Positions 1 to 13,040 of a stretch of 64,000 nt of DNA are shown piece by piece. This stretch comes from Camelus dromedarius. Its lineage: Eukaryota. Numbering within the stretch: position 1 is the first letter of the stretch; each line of letters begins with the position of its first letter. Under the pieces are notes generated by a model. It was not told where the DNA came from. It ran no database searches and saw nothing but the letters and a program-made list of their open reading frames with translations. The stretch is from assembly GCF_036321535.1 (NCBI RefSeq), contig NC_087436.1, forward strand, positions 34,908,001 to 34,972,000, given 5' to 3'. The translations under genes were made by a program, and so were the position numbers.

Positions 1-967
1 AAAAATCTAGGAATGTGATCCCTGGATTATAAGTCCCATGCGTTTAATTTATAAGAAACTGCCAAACTGTTTTCTAAAGTAACTATACCATTTCGCTAAT
101 CTAGTAGCATTATGTGACAATTCCAGTTGCTCTGCATCTTAATGAGCACTTAGTATTAATCCCTCTCCTCTTTTTTATGTTTAGGTGTATAGTAATGTCT
201 CTTTGTGATTTTAACATTTGTATTGCTCTGATAACTAGTGTACTTATTTTTGATTCACATATCCTCTTTGAGAAAGCATCCAAATTCTCTTGCCCATTTA
301 TTTATTATATTGTTTTCTTACCAAGTTTTGAGGATTCTTTATATATATATATATGCACATATATGTAACACCAACACATTCTCATTTTCTGAGAATACTT
401 ATGATGAATGGATGTCAGATTTTGTAAAAGACTATTTCTGAATTGAGAATTTCATAATTTTTCTTAATTAGTCTGCTAAATGGTGAATTATATAGCAAAT
501 AATTTTACAATGTTGAACAAACACTGATTTCCTAGGTTAATCCTCATTTGGATGAAGTATTATCATTTTTATACATTATTGAATTTATCTTATTAGCATT
601 TTTTGAAAAATGTTGCTTTTATGTTCATGAGGGACATTAGCCTGCAGTTTTCTTTTCTTCCAATGTTTTTGCCCAGTTTGGACATCAGAGTAACACTCAC
701 TCATAATATGAGTTGGGAAGTTTTCTTCCTCTTCATTACTCTGGAATAATTTGTGGAATTGGTATTATCTCTTCCTTAAATACTTGGTTGACTTTGTCAG
801 CACAGGAAACTGCATGGAGTTTTCTTTGTTTAAAGTTTTTTTAACTACAAATTCAATTTATTTTATAGATAGAGGACTATTGAGATTACCTATTTTCCTT
901 GGGAGAGATTAGTTCATCTTCTGAGAAAGTTTCCATCTCATTTGAGTTGTCTAATTTATGGGCATAA
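1..967 (-). mobile_element. Old L1 (LINE-1) fragments
   Basis: T-rich antisense L1 3' end and ORF2 motifs such as aagaaactgccaaactgttttc and atgagttgggaag. Confidence 0.85.
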
Positions 968-1734
968 TGTGTATAATGGGTTGCATTATGTCTTCCAAAA
1001 TCCATATGTTGAAATCTGTCTTGGGCCATTCAGGCTGCCGTAAACAAGATATCACAAGCTGGGTAGAATATAAACAACTGATATTTACTGCTCATTTTTC
1101 TGGAGGCTGGAAGTCCCTGATCACATGGCCAAGAGAAAGCCCTTTTCTGGGTCTCAGCCTTCTTCATTATATCTTCACATGGTGGAAGGCATAGGGAGTT
1201 TTGTGGGGTCTTATTTATAAGAACGTTAATCCCTTTCATGAGGGCTCCACCGTCATGACTTAGGTAACTCCCAGTGGCTCCACCAACAAATACCATCACT
1301 TTTGGAGGTTAGGATTTCAGCATATGAATTTGGGGGAAAGGGTACAAACATTCAGACCACAGCAAAGTCTTAATCTCCAATACCTTTGAATGCAACCTTA
1401 TTTGGAGACAGAGTTTTAACAGATGTAATGAGTTAAGATGAGGTTATACTGGAGTAGGGTGTATAATCCAATATATCTGGTGTCATCATAAAAAGGAGAA
1501 ATTTGGACACGCACACGAGGAGACAGCCATGTGAAGATTGGAGTTATGCTGCCACAAGCTAAGAACTAGGAAACTAGGAGACAGTCCTGGAACAGAGCCC
1601 TCCCTAACACCATCAGAGGGAGCACGACTCTGCTGAAAACTTGATCTTGGACTTCCAGCCTCCAGAACTGTGAGAAAATAAATTTCTGTTGTGTAAGCCA
1701 CTCAGTTTGTGGCAGCTCTAGAAAAACTAACATA
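968..1734 (+). mobile_element. MaLR LTR (MLT1B/C-like), interrupted by a nested LTR
   Basis: Contains catatgttgaa and accttatttggaga, and ends cttggacttccagcctccagaactgtgagaaaataaatttctgttg. Confidence 0.85.
1017..1364 (-). mobile_element. MaLR LTR (MLT1A0-like), inverted and nested in the previous LTR
   Basis: TG...CA ends and gagggctccacc/ttaggatttcagcatatgaattt motifs. Flanked by a 5-bp TSD, aaatc (1012-1016) and aagtc (1365-1369). Confidence 0.85.
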
Positions 1735-3030
1735 CTGTTGTTCATTATTTTAATGTCTATAGAACATCTAGTGATGTCACCTCTTTTATTCCCGGTAGGT
1801 ATAATTTAAGTCTTCTCTCCTTATTGTTCGTTTGTCAGACTAGGGATTATTAAAGTTATTGATTTCTTTCAAAAAACCAGCTATTGGTTTAAGTGACTTT
1901 CTCTATTATTATTCTCGTCTAGTTTTCTTTTTGTTTCTATTACATCCTTTCTTCTGATTTCATTTGGTTAACATACTCTTCTTTTTATAATTTCTTAAAG
2001 CAGAAGTTTTGGTCATTGATTTTTTGCTTTTTTTAAAATATAAGCAATCAGTTCTATAAAGTTCCCTTTATGAACTGCTTTAGCTGCATCCCACAAACTT
2101 TGATATCTCGTGTTTTCATTTTTTTCTAATAGATGTGTTTTCTAATTTCCTGTGTGATTTTCTCTTTGACTCATCATTTATACATGGATGTGCTATTAAA
2201 TTTATAAACATTTGGAGATTTCCTAGTTATCTAATTTCTTGTTTAATTCAGCTTTGTTTCAAATTATACTTTTAATATATATATATATTTTTTGGCCCAG
2301 AATGTGGCCTCTTTTTGTGAATGTTAATCTGCACATGCAATTTAAGTGAACATTCATTCTAATGATGTTGAGCGTAGTGTTCTGTAGGTATTAATTAGTT
2401 CTCTTCGGCTGCCAGTGTCGTGCAGGTATTCTGCATCCCTGCAGAATTTCTGTTTAGCAATTCTACTGATCTGACAGAGGAGTGTAGAAATCTCCAGCTA
2501 TAACTGTGAGTTGTCTATTTCTTTTCTCAGTTCTTTCAGTTAAAGCTTTTGCTTTTTAAAATTTTGTTGTTGGGTGCATGCACATTTTAAAATGGTTACA
2601 CTTGATTGGCTAATTGACCCCTTTTTCATTATGGAATATTCTTCCTTATTCCTAGTGATAGGCTTTGTTCTAAAGTCTATTGTAACATTAATATTGCTAC
2701 TCCTGCCTTCTTTTAGTGTTTCTTTTTGTATTTTTAAATTTCAACATCTTTATATTTAAACTGGGCTTCCTGTAGAAAACCTATATTTGGGTCTTAATTT
2801 TTTTTTTTTAACCTAACAATTTATCTCTTCTAACATGTCTTTAGATGAGTCACATTTAATGTAATTATGGGTAAGTTTGGAGTAAAATCTACCAACTTGC
2901 TAGATATTTTCTATTCATTCTATCTGTTCTTCTTTTTCCTCTTTCTCTTTTCTCTGAGGTTAATCAGTGAATTTTGATGTTTCTACTTATCTCCACATTG
3001 GACTTACTTATGTCTTAAAACCTTTTCATG
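1735..3030 (-). mobile_element. Old L1 ORF2 region (continuation)
   Basis: Antisense L1 motifs such as gctttagctgcatcccacaaactttgata and ttttcaaaaaaccagct. Confidence 0.8.
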
Positions 3031-4030
3031 GTTCTTCCTGCGCCCTGTGGGGGTGCAGGGAAAGGAGGTCTAGGAGACTGTTCCCGTGACTCGTTTACAC
3101 CCTACTGCTCCCAGCACGCTGTCTACCACAGTGTGCGAGGGCAGTCTGCCTCTGGCTCCTCACTGGGTTCTATCTGAATCAGGGCAATGGGGCCCCCTTT
3201 TCTCACTTTGCCCCCAAAACAGTAAGAGTGGACCCCACCATGAGAGGTGGGGGGCTCAGCTCTAGGGCAGACAGCGGTGAGGTGCTCCTCAGGGGTTCAC
3301 AAACAGTACTTACTCCTAGACACCCCCCCCAATCTGAAAACTTCAGCTAGGCTGGGAGAAAAGGGAATTTCTTCTCTTACTCCTTTTATACTCTTTATAT
3401 TCTAACCCTTCTCGAGGACTAGGCATTCAACATTAAAATAACTTTCTCTGATTCTGTTGTAACATCCTTTCCTTGATGTCATGAATGAAGTCTGGACTGT
3501 GGGGAAGCCATAGACTTACACAAAGGGGGAAAAATGCCCCAGCCTGATATATCAAAATATTACCCTGCCAACTCTCCTTACCCTACACTAAAGTGGACGT
3601 TTCTTTCTTTTCTTTTCTTTTTACTTTTTTACAAAAAGGATTATGTCTCATTTTTCTTAATAAACCCGGGGAACAGAGCCAGTTACACAGTTGACATTTA
3701 GTTAGTATTTCTTGGATAAATAAAAACACAAAAAAAGGCAAGTTTGATTGACAGGGCCAAGAAGGAAGAATTTATAGGGAATATATCACAAAACATACTT
3801 GCTCGACAGACAAAGAGGAAAAGATAATGTTCAGGCCAAAGGCAGTTGATGTTTTCACAGTTTCAGTTACTAGACTTCAAGAAATTGTTTATGATACCTT
3901 TAGTAGAAATTTCATGCTCTGGTGTTTTTGTATCATTATACAAAGTCAGAATCTGTGAGACCTACAACATGCATTTAGCAACTAATATATTAACAGGTTC
4001 CAATGACAAAATCAATACATAAATCTCAAC

Positions 4031-4545
4031 ATGCTGCAATTGTTTCTCCTTCTTAAGCTCAAAATGCACATGCTCCTGGGTCTGGCTGGAGCCACAGCCA
4101 GAACTGTGTTTGGCATCACATTCAGTCCATGGCTTGAGTGCTATAAAATGTACGCAGCAGACTGAAGAATGTGGATGAAAGATTTCAGAAGCTGAGAAAC
4201 AGTGCTTTACAAAGTGAATCAATTTAGGTCAGAGCATTGTTTTGTTATATGGCATATACAGGAACAAACATTTCATCATTTCACATGGGATATGATATGC
4301 AGCAATTTTATCCTCATTTCTAAAGCTTCTGCAAACTGTAATTCACAGGCTGGCATGACTTCAGTGGATGCTGACTTACTGAAGACGAGATTTTTTTTTA
4401 AGTTTTATTTATATTTTCTGCACCACACTGTGAAGTGCCCCGATGCTTTGTTTCTCAGAAGCAGGATTAGAGCACAGATGGGAGAAGAAAGGCATGGAAT
4501 TCTATACTTTGAAACATTCAGTCGAGATTTATATTGTATCTCTAG
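4031..4545 (+). pseudogene. Remnant first coding exon: signal peptide plus CTLD1
   Basis: ATG at 4031 with A at -3 reads MLQLFLLLKLKMHMLLGLAGATARTVFGITFSPWLECYKMYAAD*RMWMKDFRS*ETV... in one frame. A shifted frame from 4441 reads RCFVSQKQD*STDGRRKAWNSIL*NIQSRFI, matching C..V...W....C.....FIC. Confidence 0.65.
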
Positions 4546-4734
4546 TTACCTGGCGCCTCTATAATACCCTTCATTGGAAAATTTCAAGCCCCTGCAGCCT
4601 CACAGTTATATAAATATGTAAATGTTTAAAACCATTATTTGCGAGAAGATTAATCAAACTGCATTGAAGGTGAAATTGTAATAAACAAACAAAAAGAAGG
4701 GGCTCTTTTTATTCATTTGTTTGTTTTGTCAATA

Positions 4735-4961
4735 CAATCTAATGTCTACTAGACCTAACCCATTTAGGAAGCATCGAAGCCCTCATTGTTTTCTGTTTAC
4801 TTCTTCTTGGCTCTAATCCAGTTAGGCCATTGACAATTAAGGGAAAATACCGCTTTCTCGCTCATGTGTTTTACATATGCATCCCTAGCACAAAATAATC
4901 TGTACCACAACCACATCAAATACTTTTATTTTTGGTCGGCCTTTTTATACTTCGCATTTTG
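4735..4961 (+). pseudogene. Remnant exon, N-terminal half of CTLD2
   Basis: Reads PHCFLFTSSWL*SS*AIDN*GK. Near 4930, tttttggtcggcctt gives FW/VGL across a 1-nt frameshift. Donor G|gtaaat at 4962; start is approximate. Confidence 0.55.
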
Positions 4962-5291
4962 GTAAATTATAATCTAACTCTTTCATAAACATACTCTAAA
5001 AATATAAGCCAGCAGCTATCTTCCAAGAAATAACCTGGCCAAATAGGTCATGTTTTCTTTCAAAAACCAATCCATTGCAGAAGATGGGTATTTTCCCAAA
5101 AGTTAAGATAATATTCTTTTAAAAGTAAGAATTCTCTTAGATTGAAAAATTTTCTTTGGGAAAGAAACAAGTTATACCCTAAACGATGTGAATGTTTAAC
5201 TTTGAGTTAAATATTTTATGTGACTAATTTAAATGTATTTTGGATAGCTCATACACAGGAAAGAATTGATCAGTTATTTCCTACCTCTCAG

Positions 5292-5428
5292 TCAGGTTTG
5301 GCTGGGAAAACAGAAGCTAGTGTAAGCCAGAAATAAGTAGTTTAATTTAGAATTAAGTGCTTATGCTATTGTTGGAGAAGCTGGAATAAGGGATATGAGG
5401 AAAATACTATGATGGTCAGAGGCTGACA
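5292..5428 (+). pseudogene. Remnant exon, C-terminal half of CTLD2
   Basis: Acceptor cctacctctcag, then RFGWENRS* (F.W.DGS-like) and, in another frame, KCLCYCWRSWNKG. Donor |gtgagt at 5429. Confidence 0.5.
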
Positions 5429-5443
5429 GTGAGTATTTGAGAC

Positions 5444-5775
5444 CAGTGGTTCTCCACTGAGGGTGATTTTGTCCCCCCGTCTGGAGACATTTCTCTCTCT
5501 CTCTCTTTTTTTTTTTTTTTTAATTGCAGTCAGTGTACGATGTTGTATCCATTTCTGGTTTATAGCATAATGTTTCAGTCATACATTTACATATATTTGT
5601 TTTCATATTCTTTTTCATTATAAGTTACTACAAGATATTGAATATAGTTACTTGTGTTATACAGAAGAAACTTGTTGTCCATTTATTTTATATATTTTTA
5701 ATTGTCATGACTGGGGTTGGGGGGGAGTTGTTCCTGCCTCTAATGGGTAGAGGCCAAGTATTTTAACCATATGCC
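5444..5775. mobile_element. MER20-like hAT element with an inserted L1 3' end (about 5493-5700, minus strand)
   Basis: cagtggttctc..gggtgattttgtcccc..gtctggagacatt resumes at ttgtcatgactgggg..tgggtagaggcca. The insert has poly-T and tacaagatattgaatatagtt. Confidence 0.75.
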
Positions 5776-5779
5776 CCTG

Positions 5780-6355
5780 GGTGAGGTTTGCTGAAAACAG
5801 ATGCAGATCAAAAGAGGGACGCCAGAAAGTGTGCAGTTTTGTACACTCCCAGCTCCCCAGGAAGAGTTCAGCCAGCCGCACAGAGCTGCTGAGGGAAGAG
5901 CCTGGGCTCAGTCATGAGACTGAGGGAGAAGTAGATGCCTTTGCTGTGGTTTCTGGGAGAAGGAACAGGTGAGGCAGGGGAAGCTGGTGGTGGGGTTCAG
6001 GACACATGCCCAAAATGTGACATCTTGGCATGGTAAAAATCTTATGCTGAAGGAGCTTGAGACAATGGCAGAATTAGGAAGGTCACTCTGATCTCCCCGA
6101 CTTGCTCTTTTCCCAAAAATAAGTCATGTGAAAGGCACCCTCCCTTACCAGGAGGGCGAGGATGGGAGACGTTCTCCAAAGATGGGGCATGTGGGGCTGA
6201 GAAATCAATACAAACCTTGTTAAACTCATCCTTATCCTCCTAGGGACCCTTTTACCCTTTACTATCCCTAGCCCCTTTGTCTTTTAAATTCTTTATAAAT
6301 TAATTGTTTTTTTTTTCTTTCAAAGACATAGAAGCTTCTTGCTCTGGTCACATCT
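5780..6355. mobile_element. ERV LTR fragments (MER34-like from about 5990)
   Basis: ggggttcaggacacatgcccaaaatgtgacatcttggcat..gctgaaggag..gaaggtcactctga. Confidence 0.55.
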
Positions 6356-8238
6356 TACAAACTAAGATGAGATCTAAAATAAATAAATACACCTGGCAAC
6401 TATGGAGAATAAGATGGCCTCAGCATGTGAATGAAATCTACTAATCTAGATAGGAAAAAAATACTAAGAATGGACAAATCTAATCAATGTATATCGAGAG
6501 TTGGGATATTAAGAAGTGCATTTTTATTGTAACGCTCTAGAGAAATGTATGTGATAAGACTAATTTGGGAGAAAATACATAAACCAATAGTTCTAGCAAT
6601 GGGATCTGAAGTGGCCCCACTGTTCATAACTAATGCACCTTAAGCAAGTGACAGACTCATAAAATCAGTGGCCTTATTTGTGCAATGTAGTAAGTTCCAA
6701 AAATTTCCTTGGGTTGCTGTTGGCAAGTGAGATACAGTAGGAAAGCATGTCTGAGGTAAAGCTGATGCTCAATAAATCTACTTATATCCCCTAACCTTGC
6801 CTCTGCCCTTCTATGATTACAACAGTGAAATCCATTCCAAAGCCTCTTGCAATAAAAAATGTTGTGTCTTTCTTTAAAATTCAAGTAAGTAGAAGAAGGG
6901 AAGTAGAGCATAATAAGCTTTAACGACTTGAGTGTTGAAGTTAAACAGAAGTAGAGTTGAGTTTTGTTTCATCTGAACTGGGAATAATACTAATATTTAC
7001 TTTATGTGAAGATTATAAAGATTAAATGAAATGATGAAAGTTACTTAACAGTTTATAACATAGTACATGCTTGATAAATCTTAGTTGATCATAATAGAAA
7101 CAATGATAATAACATTGACATTTGAATTTCCCTGAAAAAAAAAAGTAGTAAAAAATTCTCTAGAAAAGAGGAATCCATTTGATAAGTCATCTAGATTCCA
7201 GCTAATTTTTTCTAGATACAAAATTGGCTTCCACATAAAATAGAAATGTGAGTATCTATAGTTCTCCAGTAGTACCCTTATTCAGAAAATGTTTTTTCTC
7301 TCCCACATCTCTCCTGTTAGGGCTATCGCCTATCCATAATTATGATACCTACACAGAAGGGAAGAGATGGAGTTCCTTATTGTCTGGGTCAAAATTGACT
7401 GTTGGAGCCATCTTTGTGGCCTCTTTGGGTAGTAGAGCTAGAGGTGCTTCATCATAAAATAGGAAGTCAATTTCCCTATAAAAATCTATCTAGATTCAAA
7501 TATTCCTACTTGAGACAAATTTTGATTAGAGTTCTAAGACCTGGGCTTCCAAACCAAATTGAGGATTGGACATAAATTTAATTTTCTCATGGAAAGTTTG
7601 AAAAACAGACTTTCTACACACTTATGTTAAACCCAAATAGAATTACATTACTCAGGTTTGCTTCATTTTGAGGACGAATGTGTCCTTGTTGTCAGTTTTT
7701 AGGTAAGCTCCTCTTTTCCTCAGGGTTCTTATGTGCCATGTACCTTAATTTCATGCCTTCTTATGTGAGCTGTGGCTGACTTACAGCCCCTCTACAGTTT
7801 ACTCAATGCTTTCTTCTTTTGCTAGGATTTGGCTGCTCTAAGAATAAATCACAATTACACATTTCCTTTCCCTCTAGCTTTTTTAGTACTCCTTTCTCTT
7901 TCTCTATTTTTTCCTCCTTTTGAAACTCTTCCTTTACTCTAGTCTTTGCATCCTCACCCTACAACACAGCATTCATTGTCTCCTCTGTAATTTCTCCTGC
8001 CCACAAGCTGTACCAACGTGCTCTTCAGTGAGCAAGTACTCATTAAACACCTACCGCGTGTCAGACACGTATGTATGGAAAGACAGCTTTGCCATTCTGT
8101 GGCTTCTTTTTTAACTAGCTCTAGTAAGTGTGTATCTGGCTTCCTTTGGTTGCTTTTCTATCCCGCAATTTCTTCCTGACCATTTCTTTGTGTGGTAGGA
8201 AGAGGATTTATTTTCTGATGCAAATTCTGTTGTTTTAG

Positions 8239-8465
8239 AGAGAAAGACATGCTCGGTTCCCAAGCACCATTCCTCTGACCTAACCATCTCCACAGGACAC
8301 TGAAATGTTATCACAATTTAGGTCTCTTGGCTTCAGGTTAGCCGGTGCATTCCAAAAATGGTTGGAAAAAAAAAACACAATCATCATCTTATTCTCTTTG
8401 AAACTTCAAGGTCAAAAGTCATTCTTGGCTATATATTTTGGGACATTTTTATTGCTTTAGGAAAA
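8239..8465 (+). pseudogene. Remnant exon, N-terminal half of CTLD3
   Basis: Acceptor ttctgttgttttag, then RKTCSVP.., TLKCYH (shifted frame), VSWLQVSRC and HHLILFETSRSKVILGYIFWDIFIAL. End is approximate. Confidence 0.55.
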
Positions 8466-8903
8466 ACCCCCAAACACTTTAATGAATTGCAAGTTCCTTT
8501 TTGAATCTGCTCTCTGATAACTCCCTAGTCTTCTCTATCAAATCTTCCCCACTTTGCCTTCAATATTTGAATACTGAGTTACTCCTACTCCTAAGATGTG
8601 TCCCTTTTTGCTCACCTCTTGTCCATTGTACCTGCTGTTACGTATATGCTTGAAGCACTTTCTCACTCTTCTGACTCTGCCCGTGTAACTTCTTTTCCTT
8701 TCCTCTCAGTACATGTGTGTCTTTCTCCATGAAGCCTTCCTTGAGTGGCCAAGATTTGACTCTATGCCTGGTCTTCTGCTTCCGTGGCAGCCTATGTGAC
8801 ACATTCTGGTATCGAGGTGGTGTTCAGGATACATCTGTTCAATGAACGAGGATAAATTTTAACATTGGTCGTAATTAACGCATACTTCATTGTTTCAATA
8901 CAG

Positions 8904-9393
8904 GTATATGAATGATCATTCCCAATAACCTAATTCCTGAAACTGAAACCAAGCAGCAAATTTCTCTCCTTTTCTCCATTGAATAGCACAACTAACATTT
9001 TGTTTTCCCCAACTGCTTCCCCACATTATTATGCAAGCTGGTTCAATATTTGACCCGCACAAATTACACTGCTTTATCCTGGCTTCCAAGTTTCTCAGTG
9101 GCAAGGCACCTTTATTTGTTAGCAATGTGCTAATCAAGATAAAATATGTTAATTGTTTTAGTGCATTTTAATAGAGACCAGTGTGGCTTCATTTTTGCAT
9201 TTTTAATAGAATACCTGAGACTAAGATAACAGGGCCATCTAATTGCTCTTTGCTGATGGATATTAACTATGCAACTGATATTTCCAATTAACTGCATAGA
9301 ATGGAGACTAGCAAATGTATTTATTAGAAATTAATAAAGAATTAAAACTGTCGGCTGGTTGTCATCCTGTTTATTCAGCTCTTTATGTATGAG
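8904..9393 (+). pseudogene. Remnant exon: end of CTLD3 plus an entire CTLD4
   Basis: Acceptor tgtttcaatacag. Reads NDHSQ*PNS*N*, then QAGSIFDPHKLHCFILASKFLS, RPVWL, FADG, ISN*, SKCIY and GWLSSCLFSSLC across frameshifts. Donor GAG|gtcagt at 9394. Confidence 0.65.
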
Positions 9394-10519
9394 GTCAGTT
9401 GAGGTTAACACCCATAGAAGGTTGCCTATAGGACCTCTTCTGACGTGCTGAATATCCTCCTAAAGCAGGGATTATTGACTCAATTATTTGTTCTAACTGC
9501 AGTTTTCACTTTTAATTAAAGGAAGAAAAAGCTATACAGCCCTTCCCTTTATGGCAACACAGCTTGAGAGTCATCAGTAGACGTAAGCATGTGGCTCATG
9601 GAAAGGGAACAAGAATTTGGAGAAGTCAAATATTTGAAGTTGGCTTAGATTTTTTAATATTAAAAATATAAATTACTGGCGATAGCTTTTTGTTGGTGGT
9701 GTTTCTGCTGTACAAATAAGGAATGCTATTCTTCTACTTTACAGTTCAAACCTCCTTCTCCAATTTCTTCTGTGGATTTGAGAGTACCCAAAGGGTGACA
9801 GGGAGCCAGTGCGAGTAATATTAATCACATCACATGTACTTAACGTTCAAAATATACAAAGCCTTTTCTCATGGATCATTTTTTAGAAATTCCCTGCTTT
9901 ATCCCTGTGAAGAGTATTAGAGAGCTATTTTTGCCCGAGTAACTGTAAACTTCTTGACAGAAGAGGTATGTCATGATCTTTTGGCATTTTTAGCAAAGTT
10001 AAACTGGCATAGTTCCTGGAAAATTGTTGGTGCTCAATGCATTTTTTAAAAATGGAATAAATGAGCAAATAGTGAATCGAGAAAATTAAATGATTTTTGA
10101 AAATTCACAATTTTAGTAAATAGCAGAGATAGAAATTGGACCCAGGCTTTCTGACTTCTAAATTATTTCGAATTTGAGAAAACATAATAAACATAAGAAA
10201 CTTCCTGGAACTGAAGAGCTGGAAGACCTTTGTGTCAAAAAGTGTCTGTATGTGCATTAGGACACATCCTGTTAGGATGGGGAGGGCTGGAATAGTGTAA
10301 AGATCATGGATCTGAAAGTACAAGTCAGGACAGAAAAGAGTCAAGACTGTGTACACAGTGCAGAGTTAGGCTAGCGGAGGAGGCAGAGATTCTCTGACGC
10401 ACAATCAGAGTGTGAGGCTTTCAGTGAGATAAGAATCTATTTCAAGCTGAAATGAATAGTTTTTTTGTGTGGCAAAATACACATAACCCCAAATTTACTT
10501 TTTTAGCTGTCTGTTTCCT

Positions 10520-10842
10520 CAAAAAACTTAAACAGAATTGTCATATGATTCAGCAAATCTACTGCTAGATGTATACCCAAGAGAAATGAAGGCAGAGGCT
10601 AGGACAGATATTTGGACACCCATGTTCATAGTAGCATTATTGCCAATGGTCAAAAAGTGGAAGCAACCCAGGCGTCCATCGATGGATGAACGGATACACA
10701 AAATGAGGTATACACCACAAAAGAGTATTACTGAGCCTGAGGAAGGAAGGAAATTCTGACATGTGCTGCAACATGGATGAAACTTGAACACATTATACTC
10801 AGTTAAATAAGCTGATCACAAAAGGACAAATATTGTATGAAA
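10520..10842 (+). mobile_element. L1 3' fragment
   Basis: ORF2 C-terminal remnant (PMFIVALLPMVKKWKQPRRPSMDERI) and caacatggatgaaacttgaa. Confidence 0.9.
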
Positions 10843-12009
10843 TAAATTTTAAAACAGTCAAGAATGATACCATAAATGATTCTTGCAGATGGCCTTATAA
10901 TTTTTTTAGGATTTTATCTTTTTCCAAACATGAAATTCCTTCCCAGCCAATCTATCTTGTCTTATGCCCTTCTATTCTAGTGTAAGAGAAGATAATAAAG
11001 GTATTTACTGTGTTGTCTTGCAAAATAATTCAAGATGTGTATCTGAAATGTAAGACTATAGGGACTGTGTAAAATATAATTCTTGCAAAAAGATATGCCC
11101 CATTTTGAGAGTAAATATGCCACAGACCTTGATAACTAAATAAACTTTAAAGGAGTATCTGCTTTTTAGTTTATTTATTTTTTAGTTAGTTAGTTAAAGT
11201 TGTATTTTCTAAGCTGTTGTCAATCCCTTATTTATTAGGAAAAAAGGAGAGTTAAGGAAAAAGAAGAAACCTAATAAAATATTGTCTCAACAGTTTAAAA
11301 TTATAAAATATGCTGAGACAAACGGTTAGAAAAATATAAATTAGAGAAAAAATTTAAATGTTAATATAATTACTTTTAATTTATAATGTATAAAGAAAAA
11401 ATGGCCTATAATCCTAAGCCAGTTAACTGTTACAAAATAGTAAAAGTCATGCAAAAGCATTGTAAGAATGTGAACAATACAGAAATATTTGAAATTAAAA
11501 GAAATAAAATGTCTACCTTTCTCCAGTTTCTAAACTTTTTACTTCCATTCATGAAAGGTAATTAATATTCAATTTTGTTACCTTTCCTGAAAAGAAATGT
11601 TTACATATTTCCACCGATTTATGTGTATTCTTTGCTTTGACAGCCTTAACATAATGAGGCCTTTTGTTCCAATCAACATGTATAGATATGCTTTATTTTT
11701 TTTTTTGGTACTGGCACAGTATTGTAAAGTTTGATTTTGTAGTACTGCTCTGCCCACGTCCATTATTTCTGTCCCCTTGTCTTTACCAGCTTTCTCAAAC
11801 CTGTTGTTCACACTGCAGCTGAAGTGATCATTTTGAAATTTAAAAAAAAAAATCGAAATTAAAAAAAAAGTGCACTATGTAAAATCCTGCAATGACCCCT
11901 TATGAGTTTTCATTACACCTGAATATTTGATGAATGAAAGGAAGAAAGGTAGAGACTTGTACTCAAGGAGGAAAGAAAGGAAGAAACAAAAGAGAGGGGA
12001 AAAAAATCT

Positions 12010-12350
12010 AACCAGTCTGCTCTTCCATTTTTTGCTATTTTAAACAATCTTGAATGAGTATACTTATTACATGCATTTAGGCATAATTTTGCAAAGATTT
12101 CTTTGCAAAGATACATGATATCTTTGTAAGACACATGGCAAGTAATCTCTGCTATTGGAAGTTTGCCTCTATAGTTAAAAGTCTGCTCCCAAATATGGCA
12201 CCTGTTTCAGATCTCACCAACAGTGTATGTTAGTGACTGTTGCCCTATATCCTGACCAATACTGGATATTACAAAGTTTAAAATTTTTCCTAATATGGGA
12301 TGTTATTTTATTTTTTAATAGAATGAGCATCTTTTCATATGTTTTTATCT
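12010..12350 (-). mobile_element. Old L1ME-type 3' fragment
   Basis: ttccattttttgctattttaaacaat..gagcatcttttcatatgttt. Confidence 0.6.
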
Positions 12351-12499
12351 TTATATCTCTTTAATGCCCCACAACTGGTTGATGTTTCCTTATGTTTTCA
12401 ATTCTGTGTATTTTCTCCCTAGAACCCACATGCTTTTGATTTTAACAAATATCTAATGATTAAGTAGTGCACTTTATTTATTGATGTGGTTTGAAATAG

Positions 12500-12791
12500 G
12501 TGTGTTGTAACCCTAGACTGCATCAGTCATTTGGTTAATGTGTGGTATTATTTGACAATCTGTGTAATCAAAAATAGAGCTGATAATAGTATGAGGTCAT
12601 TTGTTTCACCTGGAGAAACTAGCTAGGGAATATACAACCATGTCCAGCTATTCTGATGCGGATGAATGCAGGCGTCTCTATGAGAGATGATGGAGGAAAC
12701 CCATAGACAATATTGGCAGAACAAGACACAGCATGTGAGGCTGAGTAACACTGGCTTCATATACTACAAGCAAATCACTGTTTTTACTCTT
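12500..12791 (+). pseudogene. Remnant exon: C-terminal part of one CTLD and start of the next
   Basis: Reads NVWYYL, FTWRN, DECRRL, RDDGG and then ACEAE*HWLHILQANHCFYS (C...W.....HCFY). Donor |gtaagt at 12792. Confidence 0.55.
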
Positions 12792-12978
12792 GTAAGTTTT
12801 GGCAGTATGATGCATAATGCCCTATAAAATTTGTATTGTTTCATTATATTTTTACCTCTATACTTGTTTTCATAATATAGATTAATTTGTGATATATATT
12901 AAAATGCTACTCTTAACTGACAATAAAAGAACCAACATACAATTGTACAGTATTAATACTTATTTTTTGTATTTATAG

Positions 12979-13040
12979 AGTCCACACACTATGTTTCTAC
13001 ACACTACAGGTAGATATTACAATGCAAAATAGCTCTTCAG
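12979..13040 (+). pseudogene. Small remnant exon (CTLD helix 1)
   Basis: Acceptor ttattttttgtatttatag, then STHYVSTHYR*ILQCKIALQ. Donor CAG|gtgatt. Confidence 0.45.

Noticed and set aside
4200..4960. Initial reading as a conserved developmental enhancer (SOX/FOX motifs, inverted aaacaaacaaa/tttgtttgttt at 4683-4726)
   Set aside because: Most of the block is better explained as CTLD exon remnants, and the inverted repeat is low-complexity.
6770..7702. Possible extra exons (donors gtaagt at 6885 and gtaagc at 7703; KASCNKK, FEDECVLV)
   Set aside because: Motif support is too thin to list as features. They may be an additional decayed domain.
9392..9558. DR4-like AGGTCAgttgAGGTTA and RFX X-box-like gttgcctataggac / atggcaac
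   Set aside because: The DR4 overlaps the remnant exon's donor site and the X-boxes are imperfect. Chance cannot be excluded without conservation data.
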